From: a bacterium
GTDB taxonomy: Bacteria > UBA8248
Assembly (NCBI GenBank): GCA_965261085.1
Contig: OZ253442.1
Span: forward strand, 3,488,001 to 3,552,000
Length of the DNA: 64,000 nt
Direction of reading: 5' to 3'
Positions 1 to 8,257 of the stretch are shown here, in pieces. Both the position numbers and the translations under genes were made by a program. The notes beneath the pieces were generated by a model. That model was not told the origin of the DNA, searched no databases, and worked only from the letters and a program-made list of their open reading frames with translations. Within the stretch, counting starts at the first letter, position 1; every line of letters starts with the position of its first letter.

Positions 1-124
1 TGAAGAACTCATCCGTCTTCTCCTCGAAGCGGCGGATCCGCAGCATGTTGCGGTACATCGCGTTCAAGTCCTTTTTCGTCAACCTTTTCGGCTTGGCCGA
101 TCTTCGCTTCGCCCTGGTGGCCAC
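1..124 (-). CDS. TPP-dependent dehydrogenase E1 alpha subunit (pyruvate/acetoin dehydrogenase family), 5' fragment running off the window edge
   Basis: Hand translation from GTG at 124 (GGAGGAGG RBS upstream) gives MATRAKRRSAKPKRLTKKDLNAMYRNMLRIRRFEEKTDEFF. The MYRxMLRIRRFEE motif is typical of E1-alpha N-termini. Confidence 0.8.
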   Translation of the reverse strand, partial: MATRAKRRSAKPKRLTKKDLNAMYRNMLRIRRFEEKTDEFF

Positions 125-248
125 GGCTTCCTCCTCCCGGCGACATCATCAGAATGCAACCGTTGGAATGTCATGAGAACATGATTTTTAGACTTCCATG
201 AGTATCACACGGGGCGGTGGTGGTTCAATCGGCGCGGTGGGCGGGGCG

Positions 249-935
249 TCACGCAGGCTTCGCGGCGTAGCGCAGGAACAACTCATCCCCGACGCGCCGG
301 ACCTCCACTAAGTTAAGCCCCAGAAATTCGCCCGAGCGGAAGCCCGGCCCGTCCATGAGCGTCGGAGCGGATGCTCCTCCCGCCAGCCAGGGGGTGAGCG
401 TCACGTGAAACGCATCGATATAACGGGCGAACTCCCAAATCAGGGAACCTCCGCCCTCTATCAACACGTTCTTCATCCCGCACTCCCACAGATGGGCCAG
501 CACCTGGGGCGCGAGGGAATCCGCCTCATCGAGAACGACAATTTGCGCGTCCCCGGTTTGGGTTTCCTCAAGACGACGTGCCCCTTCCGGAGCGGTGAAG
601 ATGAACCGCTCGACCTCATCATTCTCGAACCAGGGCAATTTCTTGGGGAAAACGCCGCTTTTCGTGATGAGGGCGTTCGCCGGATGCGGCGGGAGGCCGC
701 GTTCTACGCGCTCGCGCACGAGGGATTCCTCACGCACCCGCGCGGGATGGCGCGCGGTCCTGAGCGTCTGGCCGCCCCATATCACGACGTCGGCCTTGGC
801 TCTCAGGCGATCCATCTCCAGGCGATCCGCTCCCGAACCCAGAGAGAAGTCCTCGTGGTCGTGGCCCGCGATTTTTCCGTCGAGCGTCATCGCCAGATTC
901 GCGAATACGAAGGGTTTGTCCATGAAAATTCTCAT
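249..935 (-). CDS. RibD C-terminal domain / dihydrofolate-reductase-fold protein
   Basis: Motifs AMTLDGKIA, DVVIWGGQT, VLIEGGGSL, LAGGASAPT. Confidence 0.85.
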   Translation of the reverse strand: MRIFMDKPFVFANLAMTLDGKIAGHDHEDFSLGSGADRLEMDRLRAKADVVIWGGQTLRTARHPARVREESLVRERVERGLPPHPANALITKSGVFPKKLPWFENDEVERFIFTAPEGARRLEETQTGDAQIVVLDEADSLAPQVLAHLWECGMKNVLIEGGGSLIWEFARYIDAFHVTLTPWLAGGASAPTLMDGPGFRSGEFLGLNLVEVRRVGDELFLRYAAKPA

Positions 936-1031
936 CCTGCGGTTGTGGTCCGCCCGCTTAAGGCATTAAAGTTCGTTGTCACCTCATGCTCGTGAAAGCT
1001 GGCATTCATCAGACAAAGGAGAGAAAACGCC

Positions 1032-1682
1032 ATGGGTGAATTCGACCAAAGGGTGGACCTTCCCGCACTCGATTTTCAAAAGCTCAACATCGGCCCCTAC
1101 AGCAACAACGTATACGTGTTGACGTGCAAGGCGACGAAGGAATGCGTCATCATCGACACGTCTCACTCCGCCGAGCCGATTCTCGCCGCGAGCGAAGGCG
1201 CCACGCCCAAATACATTCTACAGACCCATTGCCACGGCGACCACATCGACGCGCTCGACGAGGTGCGCAGCCGGACGGGCGCGCCGCTGGGCCAGCACGC
1301 CGAGGACGCCAAAGAGTTCGGCATCAGCCCTGATTTCACCATCGCGGACGGCGAGGATATCAAATTCGGCGAGATCACGCTCAAGGCCATCCACACGCCC
1401 GGCCACTGCAAGGGCATGTTGATGTTCCACTACCCGGGCCACTGCGTCTGCGGGGATACGATTTTCCCCGGCGGCCCCGGCAAGACCTGGAACCACGGGC
1501 AACTGCTGACGCTGATCGATTCCATCCAGACCAAAGTGTTCGCCCTGCCCGACGACACGGTACTCTACCCCGGCCACGGGGCGAACAGCACCGTCGCGCA
1601 GAGCAAAGAAGAGGTCGCCAGATTCCAGGCCGCGGGAAGGCCTGCGCCGGATGAATTCGGGGACGTGACCTGGGACGGCTAG
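1032..1682 (+). CDS. MBL-fold metallo-hydrolase (glyoxalase II-like)
   Basis: THCHGDHI, HTPGH, GDTIF and PGHG motifs. AAGGAG RBS upstream. Confidence 0.9.
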   Translation: MGEFDQRVDLPALDFQKLNIGPYSNNVYVLTCKATKECVIIDTSHSAEPILAASEGATPKYILQTHCHGDHIDALDEVRSRTGAPLGQHAEDAKEFGISPDFTIADGEDIKFGEITLKAIHTPGHCKGMLMFHYPGHCVCGDTIFPGGPGKTWNHGQLLTLIDSIQTKVFALPDDTVLYPGHGANSTVAQSKEEVARFQAAGRPAPDEFGDVTWDG

Positions 1683-1883
1683 AGATAAAACGCTACGGGA
1701 TGAATTCGGAGCGCGCGATCCTTTCAATCGCGCGACTTGGGACGGCTAGAGATAAAACGCTACGGGATGAATTCGGAGCGCGCGATCCTTTCAATCGCGC
1801 GACTTGGGACGGCTAGAGATAAAACGCTACGGGATGAATTCGGAGCGCGCGATCCTTTCAATCGCGTGACTTGGGACAGCTAA
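1671..1883 (+). repeat. Tandem repeat, three 67-bp units plus a partial unit, each containing a hairpin
   Basis: TGGGACGGCTAGAGATAAAACGCTACGGGATGAATTCGGAGCGCGCGATCCTTTCAATCGCGCGACT starts at 1671, 1738 and 1805, with a partial copy at 1872. Internal inverted repeat CGCGCGAT/ATCGCGCG. Confidence 0.95.
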
Positions 1884-1902
1884 ACAACAAAGGAGCCACA
1901 CA

Positions 1903-2295
1903 ATGAGTTCAGCCGGCATCGTATTCGATCACGTGCACGTCATCAGCAAAGACCCCGAGGCGAGCGTGAACTGGTTCGTCGAGAACTTGGGGGGCGAGCG
2001 CGGAGATGGCGGCGTATTCAAGGGCGCGCCGCAGATTCCGGTAAAATTCAACGGCGCCACGGTCATCGTTCGCGGAGAAAGAACGGGCGAGAGCGCCGGA
2101 ACCAAGGGCGGCCTCGAATGGGGGACGGATCATTTCGCCTTCCAGGTCGCAGGGGATTTCCAGGCCTATTGCGACGACCTCAAGGGAAAAGGTGTGAAAT
2201 TCACCGTGGAACCGGTACAATTCAACCCGGCGACGCGAATCGCCTTCATCGAGGCGCCCGATGGCGTCAGCATCGAGTTGCTGCAAAGAGCATGA
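1903..2295 (+). CDS. VOC/glyoxalase family protein
   Basis: FDHVHV, DHFAFQV and AFIEAPDGVSIEL motifs. AAGGAG RBS. Confidence 0.9.
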   Translation: MSSAGIVFDHVHVISKDPEASVNWFVENLGGERGDGGVFKGAPQIPVKFNGATVIVRGERTGESAGTKGGLEWGTDHFAFQVAGDFQAYCDDLKGKGVKFTVEPVQFNPATRIAFIEAPDGVSIELLQRA

Positions 2296-2335
2296 CGCCG
2301 CGGAGCCTTTGCTCCGCCCTCCAAGACCGCCCGGT

Positions 2336-3412
2336 TTGAAGAGGAACACCTTGTTTCACCTCGCGCGTATCGCAGCGCCGTGTCTCCTGGTTGCGGCGCT
2401 CGGGTGGATTGTTGCGCCGGTGGCGCATCCGCAGGATAAGCGCGCTCATGAACAGGAGGAACTCCCTCCGGAACCGCCTCTGGGCCTCGACGACGTGCCC
2501 GTGCCCGAGAACAACCCCATGACGCGGCCCAAGGTCGAACTCGGCAGAATGCTGTACTTCGAAAAACGCTTCTCCGGCGACGGGAAGGTCTCCTGCGCTA
2601 CGTGCCACATGCCCCGGCGCGGATTCTCGAACGCGCGCCAGTACGGAACGGGCTTTGACGGCAGGCTCACGCTGAGGAACGTGCCCACGGTCATCAACGC
2701 CGCCTACAACGAATCCCAGTTCTGGGACGGACGCGCCGGAAGCCTTGAGGAGCAGGCCAAAGGCCCCATTCTCCACCCGAGCGAGATGGCCTCGAGCGAG
2801 GCGAAAATCATCCGGACGCTCGGCGCGATTCCAGAATACCAGGAGCGATTCGCAGAGGCGTTCGGAAGCCCCGTCATCAGCCTTAAGCGTGTGGCGCAGG
2901 CCATCGCCACCTTCGAGCGCACGGTCCTTTCCGGCAATTCCCCCTTTGACCGCTGGAAATTCGGGGGCGACAAATCCGCGCTCTCGCCTCGTGCGATCAA
3001 AGGGTTTAAGGTCTTTACAAGCAATGGAAATTGTGTGAAATGCCACTTGGTGGATGAATTCAGCGCACCCTTCACGGACGATAAGTTCCACAACATCGGC
3101 ATCGGGATGGACAAGAAGCCTTTAGAGATCGGACGAGAGAAAATCACCAGAAAAATAAAGGACCGGGGCAAATTCAAGACGCCCACGCTTCGCCACATCA
3201 ACCAGACGGCGCCCTATATGCACGACGGCCGCTTCAACACGCTGGAGGAAGTGACCGATTTCTACGACAAGGGTGGGCACCCGAACCCTCACCTCGACCC
3301 GGACATGAAGCCCTTGAAACTCACGAAAACCGAGAAACAAGACCTAATCGCCTTCATGAGCGCGCTCACGGGCGATCTCCCGGAAATCAAGGCCCCCGAG
3401 TTGCCGAAATGA
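2336..3412 (+). CDS. Diheme cytochrome c peroxidase superfamily protein, MauG-like. Start uncertain (TTG 2336; open frame from 2261).
   Basis: Signal-peptide-like N-terminus, CATCH and CVKCH heme motifs, QFWDGRA, FKTPTLR, TAPYMHDG..TLEEVTDFY. Confidence 0.9.
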   Translation: MKRNTLFHLARIAAPCLLVAALGWIVAPVAHPQDKRAHEQEELPPEPPLGLDDVPVPENNPMTRPKVELGRMLYFEKRFSGDGKVSCATCHMPRRGFSNARQYGTGFDGRLTLRNVPTVINAAYNESQFWDGRAGSLEEQAKGPILHPSEMASSEAKIIRTLGAIPEYQERFAEAFGSPVISLKRVAQAIATFERTVLSGNSPFDRWKFGGDKSALSPRAIKGFKVFTSNGNCVKCHLVDEFSAPFTDDKFHNIGIGMDKKPLEIGREKITRKIKDRGKFKTPTLRHINQTAPYMHDGRFNTLEEVTDFYDKGGHPNPHLDPDMKPLKLTKTEKQDLIAFMSALTGDLPEIKAPELPK

Positions 3413-4209
3413 AGATCGATAAGACGAATGCTACGGCGTCACCGGAGCCGATGGGAGTGAACTCCAAGACTGCCCAAGCGAGGCTGCTGAAAACGCATTT
3501 CGCGGGGATTTTTTTCGTCACCCTGGCGGGAATTTTCTCACTCCTCCTCGCGCCCGCCCTCTCGTATGGCGCAGATGTCGAGGAAGGAAAATCCCTTTTT
3601 GAGAAAAACAATTGCGGAAGCTGCCACACCCTGAAAGGACCTGAAGCCAGAATACTCCCGCCCGCACGCCACGGAATCAAAGGCCCCTCGCTCTGGTATG
3701 CGGGCAGCAAATTCCGGCCCGGCTTTCTGTCGAAATGGCTGGCCAAACCCGACCCTTTTCGCGGCGTCATCTACGGAACCATGAAGCGGGGAAAATTCCC
3801 GCATCCCGTCCTCCCCGAAAAGGAGGCGGCAAAAGTCGCGGCCTATCTGGAATCCTTAAAGGACCCCGAAATGCCGGTGGGCGTGGTTCCGGGCTGGAAG
3901 AAAATCCCCAGAAAAGTGCTTAGGCGGGCGAGAATCCTGTTTCAGAAAAAACAGCCCTGTTATTCCTGCCACATGGTCGCGATTCGAAAGACGGTTTACC
4001 GGGCGAAAGTCGAGGTGGGCGGCCACAGCGCGCCTCATTTTAGAGAGGCGGGACGCAGGCTGAACGCCGATTTCATCGTGGCTTTCCTGAAAAAGCCGGA
4101 GCGCTACAATCCCAACGGCAGAATGCCGGTGTATGGGGAGGAGGCGTTCACGAAGCTGAGCGAGAAGGACTTCATCGCTCTCGCCGCATACATCGCGAGT
4201 TTCAAATGA
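3409..4209 (+). CDS. Diheme c-type cytochrome
   Basis: CGSCH and CYSCH motifs, hydrophobic N-terminal signal/anchor, GPSL and RMP cytochrome c motifs. ATGA overlap with the upstream gene. Confidence 0.85.
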   Translation: MKIDKTNATASPEPMGVNSKTAQARLLKTHFAGIFFVTLAGIFSLLLAPALSYGADVEEGKSLFEKNNCGSCHTLKGPEARILPPARHGIKGPSLWYAGSKFRPGFLSKWLAKPDPFRGVIYGTMKRGKFPHPVLPEKEAAKVAAYLESLKDPEMPVGVVPGWKKIPRKVLRRARILFQKKQPCYSCHMVAIRKTVYRAKVEVGGHSAPHFREAGRRLNADFIVAFLKKPERYNPNGRMPVYGEEAFTKLSEKDFIALAAYIASFK

Positions 4210-4649
4210 AGCGTTCATTTTCATCGCATCGCGTGAGCAGAATACTCGCTCTCGCTTTCATCATGGTTGCAACGGCGAGCGCCCCCCTCCTTGTCAGTGC
4301 GGACGAACCGCCAAGCCGCGTGAGTGCGCAGGAGAATTTCCGCTGGTACTGCATCCAGTGCCACGGCCCCAAGGGAGACGGCAAGGGGGTGAACAACACC
4401 AAGAAGCTGCCTGTGAGCCCCCGCAATCTCACCGACGGCAAGGACATGGCCCAGTTCTCCGATGAGGACATGGTGCGCACCATCACTCGCGGAGGCGGGG
4501 CGAGCGACCTATCCCCCATCATGCCGCCCTGGGGCAACGTGTTTACAAAACAGGAGATTCGTGATTTGGTGGCCCTGATACGCAAGATGTGCAATTGCCG
4601 CTTCGACCCCAAGGCGAAAGAGGCGTTTTTGAAGCAACAAGGCCGGTAG
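4206..4649 (+). CDS. Monoheme c-type cytochrome
   Basis: Signal peptide, CIQCHG, MPPWG distal Met motif, C-terminal CxC. ATGA overlap. Confidence 0.88.
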   Translation: MKRSFSSHRVSRILALAFIMVATASAPLLVSADEPPSRVSAQENFRWYCIQCHGPKGDGKGVNNTKKLPVSPRNLTDGKDMAQFSDEDMVRTITRGGGASDLSPIMPPWGNVFTKQEIRDLVALIRKMCNCRFDPKAKEAFLKQQGR

Positions 4650-4660
4650 GTTCTTCCAGA

Positions 4661-5631
4661 ATGCGCGACATCATGCTCTCTCTTGTCATTCTCGCTCTTT
4701 TAATTTCGATGCCTGCGTCCGCGCTGGCGGCGGGAGAGCGGATTTTCGTCACGAACACGCGCGACGGCACCCTGAGCGTCATCTCGCGCGATACCCACGA
4801 GGTCATCAAGACGATCCCCGCGGGCAGGAAGGCGAACCGCCTCTCGCTCGCGCCCGACGGACGCCACGCCTACCTCATCAACGACGGCAGCGCCTATGTG
4901 CGCGTTTTCGACACGCATACGCTCAAATTCATTCGCCGCGTGGCGCAGGACGCGACCCCTACAACCTGGCGTTCTCCCCAGACGGCGCGCGCGCCTATTT
5001 CGTGAACACCTATTCGGACAACGTGACGATTCTCGACGTGGCGGCCCGTAAGGTCATCGGCCTCATCAAGCACGGGGGGAACAACCCGGTGAACATCAAG
5101 CTGAGCCCCGATGGACGCTTTGCCTTCGTGGCGAACGAGTTGAGCGAGGATGTTTCCGTCGTCGATCTCGAAACTGGAAAGCCGATCAAACAAATCGATG
5201 CGGGCCATTACATCGAGGGCATCGACGTGACGCGCGACGGTAAACACCTCTACGTCATGAACGGGGAGCGCCACTCCTACAGCGTGGTCGATCTCGATAC
5301 CTTGGAAATCATCCGTACCATTAAACTCTCCGGCGAGCCGCACGACGCCCTCATCACGCCGGACGGAAAGTTCCTCTACGTCACCCTCCCGCACATCAAC
5401 AGGGTGTCCGTCTTCTCGCTCCCCTCGCAAAAGCGCGTCGCCAGAGTGAAGCAGGGCGTGCGGCCCGACCTCATCGCCTTCACGCCCGACGGCGCGCTCG
5501 CCTACGTGACGAACAGGGATTCAAAAGAAGTGTTCGTGATGGATGCGAAAAGCCACAGCAACATCAAGAAAATCCGCGTGGGCAACGGGGCGCACGGCGT
5601 GCTCGTCGTGCCGCCCGCGCCGACGAATTGA
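4661..5631 (+). pseudogene. YVTN/YncE-type beta-propeller protein split by a 1-bp frameshift near 4944 (pseudogene or sequencing error)
   Basis: First part (from ATG 4661) has a signal peptide plus IFVTN and APDGRHAYL repeats. The continuation AGRDPYNLAFSPDGARAYFVN lies in the frame of ORF 5002-5631, which carries further PDG/YVTN repeats. Confidence 0.8.
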
Positions 5632-5796
5632 TGGTTTTTTAAGTAAGACCCGGTGGTAATTTCAACAAAATGAAAACAACCACTCATCACGAATAAACGG
5701 CATGACACGAGCGATGGGAAAGTTGCTTTTCCCGTCCCCGTGTATCATATTCGAGAGGCGACTCCACTCCCAATCGACACCCGAGGAGAGGAAAAG

Positions 5797-6066
5797 ATGA
5801 CGGAATTTGAAATGGCAACGCTTACGATTTCACGGGTTGGACTCGATATTTCACGGACTGGGCTTTGGATTTCGGGCATTCACGCCTTGATTACGCTTGT
5901 CGTGGGCGGCGTTCAATGTTTTCTCATCTTGTATGGACTAAAACAGATGAACCGCACTTCGGTAGCCAGAGACAAGCAGCATGAGGAAACCATGGCCGCT
6001 TTAGACACCCGCCACCGCGAAAACATGAAAGCTCTGGAAACCTTGATCGAAAGAACGTCGAAGTAA
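5797..6066 (+). CDS. Small hypothetical membrane protein, copy 1 (89 aa; one TM helix plus coiled coil)
   Basis: GAGGAGAGG RBS, ATG 5797, hydrophobic segment IHALITLVVGGVQCFLILYGL. Reading frame conserved with the paralog, with many synonymous changes. Confidence 0.8.
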   Translation: MTEFEMATLTISRVGLDISRTGLWISGIHALITLVVGGVQCFLILYGLKQMNRTSVARDKQHEETMAALDTRHRENMKALETLIERTSK

Positions 6067-6373
6067 ACGGAGGAAAAGACCGGCGCTTCACCTGATTTCC
6101 TTTGGCATTCCTTGAGTATGCGTCCTCTCAGGTGTGTGCGCGGCACCACTAAAAGGAACAGCAACCCGCCACGAGAATCCCGTTGCCCGACCCGCCATTT
6201 TTTGTTGGCTCCTTTTTAGCGCGGTTTCGCTCCATTATCCCGATGCAATCCGTTCTACCGGAAATCCGAACAACGGCAGGATGCGGAAGATGGCGAAAGT
6301 TGCTTTTCCCGTCCCCGTGTACCATATTCGAGGGGCGACTCCACTCCCAATCAACACCCGAGGAGAGGAAAAG

Positions 6374-6622
6374 ATGACGCAGTTTGAAATAGCGACGCTT
6401 GAGATTTCACGTATAGGGCTTTGGGTATCGGCCGTTCACGCCTTGATTACGCTTGTCGTGGGCGGCGTCCAATGCCTTCTCATCTTGTATGGTCTGAAAC
6501 AGATGAGCCGCGCTTCGGTAGCAAGAGACAAGCAGCATGAAGAAACCATGGCCGCTTTGGATACCCGCCACCGCGAAAGCATGAGAGCTCTGGAAACCTT
6601 GATTGAAAGAACGTCGAAGTAA
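6374..6622 (+). CDS. Small hypothetical membrane protein, copy 2 (82 aa)
   Basis: Paralog of 5797-6066 with the same RBS context and ATG 6374. Confidence 0.8.
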   Translation: MTQFEIATLEISRIGLWVSAVHALITLVVGGVQCLLILYGLKQMSRASVARDKQHEETMAALDTRHRESMRALETLIERTSK

Positions 6623-6822
6623 ACGGAGAAACAGACAGGCGCTTCGCCTGATTTTCCTCATCATTCCCTAAATATTCAAAAATCTACCGCCGGGCGCAGC
6701 CCGTCTTTTCCCCTCAACGACCCTCGTGTTGCGCGATTCCGGCCCTGATATTCGCCCTCTCCCACGCGCAGCTTTACTCTCATTCACTCACCGCCGCTCA
6801 TTCCCACGCAACGCGGGCCCTA

Positions 6823-7707
6823 TTAACCACCCTCGCCCGTGGCGCAGCGAAAGCCGATCTTGTTGTTCCTGTAATCGGGGGGGCGATGGTAGCGGTTGTG
6901 CGCCGTGGCCCAGGCGATGGGGCTGCCCCAGGATGCGCCTCGAACGACTCTGGTTTTTCCCTTTGACGGCCCGTGCGGGTCGCGCTCGGCCATTTTTTTA
7001 TACGCTCTCGATTGATAGCGGTCGGCCGCCCATTCCCAGACGTTGCCGGACATGTCGAGCGCGCCGAACGGGCTCGCGCCTTTCGGAAAGCGGCCCACGG
7101 GCGCGACGACGGGGAACCCGTCCTTGCCACCTTTGAGGTTGGCTCTCATCACATCGCGTTCCTTGCCCCAGGGGTAGCGCCTACCGTCTCCGCCGCGCGC
7201 CGCGCGCTCCCATTCCGCTTCGGTGGGCAGGCGCCTGCCCGCCCACTGGCAATACGCTTCCGCATCGGGCCAGCTCACGTGGGATACGGGTTGTTTCGGA
7301 ACGCTTTTCCAGCTTGATTTCGGGCCTTCGGGCCGACGCCAGCTCGCGCCCTTCGTTTTTCGCCAGCCGCCTTTTCCTTTTCTCAGAGAAGCGTCCCATG
7401 TCCAGGACCATTTCCGCTTCTCGGCCGTCGTCTTGTATCCCGTTTGGGCGACGAAACGAGCGAAGCGCTCCGCCGTCGCCTCTGTCTGGCCGATCCAGAA
7501 ACCCGGAACGAAAACCTTTCTGGGCGGACGCTCATCCTTATCGCCGGATTTGCTGCCCATCACGAACCACCCCGATGGAACGTGGACCAGCGTGGCGCCG
7601 TCGAAGCCGGATATTTTCTGGCTGGCCTGCTGCGCCTGTGCAAACGAGCCGGTGACGCCCAGGAGGCAGGCGACCAGTAGATAAACGAAGGGTCTCATGG
7701 GATACAT
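6823..7707 (-). CDS. Formylglycine-generating enzyme (FGE-sulfatase/SUMF1) domain protein, exported
   Basis: [43 protein letters not shown] motifs. Signal peptide. Confidence 0.9.
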   Translation of the reverse strand: MYPMRPFVYLLVACLLGVTGSFAQAQQASQKISGFDGATLVHVPSGWFVMGSKSGDKDERPPRKVFVPGFWIGQTEATAERFARFVAQTGYKTTAEKRKWSWTWDASLRKGKGGWRKTKGASWRRPEGPKSSWKSVPKQPVSHVSWPDAEAYCQWAGRRLPTEAEWERAARGGDGRRYPWGKERDVMRANLKGGKDGFPVVAPVGRFPKGASPFGALDMSGNVWEWAADRYQSRAYKKMAERDPHGPSKGKTRVVRGASWGSPIAWATAHNRYHRPPDYRNNKIGFRCATGEGG

Positions 7708-7774
7708 CGCGTACTTATCTCCTGTGCTCGGGCGATGGTGGGAAAGGTAGAAAACGACCCCCAGCGGAGAAGCC

Positions 7775-8203
7775 TTAATCCCTCAGCGGGTCTCTGGGGT
7801 CGTCCACGAACGTCGTGCCCGCTGCTTCCTTGTTGGGCATGCCGCCGTAGGTGAATATCAACTCCGCCGGCTCGTCTCCGCTCGGATTCTCCTGGCCGTG
7901 GATGCACCCACACGGAAAATAGACGAAATGGCCGACGGGCACCTCTTTTCTGGTGATCTCCTCCCCCTCTTTCCAGTAAATGTTGATGGGGCCTTTCGCC
8001 ACGTAAATCGTGGTGTCGCAGTTTTTGTGAAAATGAAGCGCGTTGCGCCCCCTGGGCGGGATGATGGTTCTGCCCATCGTGATGGTATCGGTGCCCGTCG
8101 TCTCGCGATTCACGCCCCAACGGATATCGTAGGGCGGCTCATAGGCCTTGTCCTCGTCTACGTCCAGGGAATTTACGACTTGCGGGATCGGCAAATCCGC
8201 CAT
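7775..8203 (-). CDS. Cupin domain protein
   Basis: [14 protein letters not shown] and [13 protein letters not shown] cupin motifs. Confidence 0.85.
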   Translation of the reverse strand: MADLPIPQVVNSLDVDEDKAYEPPYDIRWGVNRETTGTDTITMGRTIIPPRGRNALHFHKNCDTTIYVAKGPINIYWKEGEEITRKEVPVGHFVYFPCGCIHGQENPSGDEPAELIFTYGGMPNKEAAGTTFVDDPRDPLRD

Positions 8204-8257
8204 GATGATGCCTCCGAAAATGTGGGTAAAAATCCAAAAAACCGGAAAATTCCCGCT

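Larger units (their letters stand above)
5713..6668 (+). repeat. Direct duplication of an approximately 380-400 bp cassette (about 5713-6110 and 6289-6668) including upstream region, RBS, gene and downstream tail
   Basis: Both copies share AAAGTTGCTTTTCCCGTCCCCGTGTAYCATATTCGAG...CCGAGGAGAGGAAAAGATGAC and GAAAGAACGTCGAAGTAAACGGAG...GGCGCTTC. Confidence 0.92.

Noticed and set aside
1671-1883. CRISPR array
   Set aside because: Units are near-identical over their whole length with no variable spacers, and there are no cas genes in the window.
5713-6668. Diversity-generating retroelement TR/VR pair
   Set aside because: Differences are not adenine-specific, both copies are complete ORFs, and no reverse transcriptase is present.
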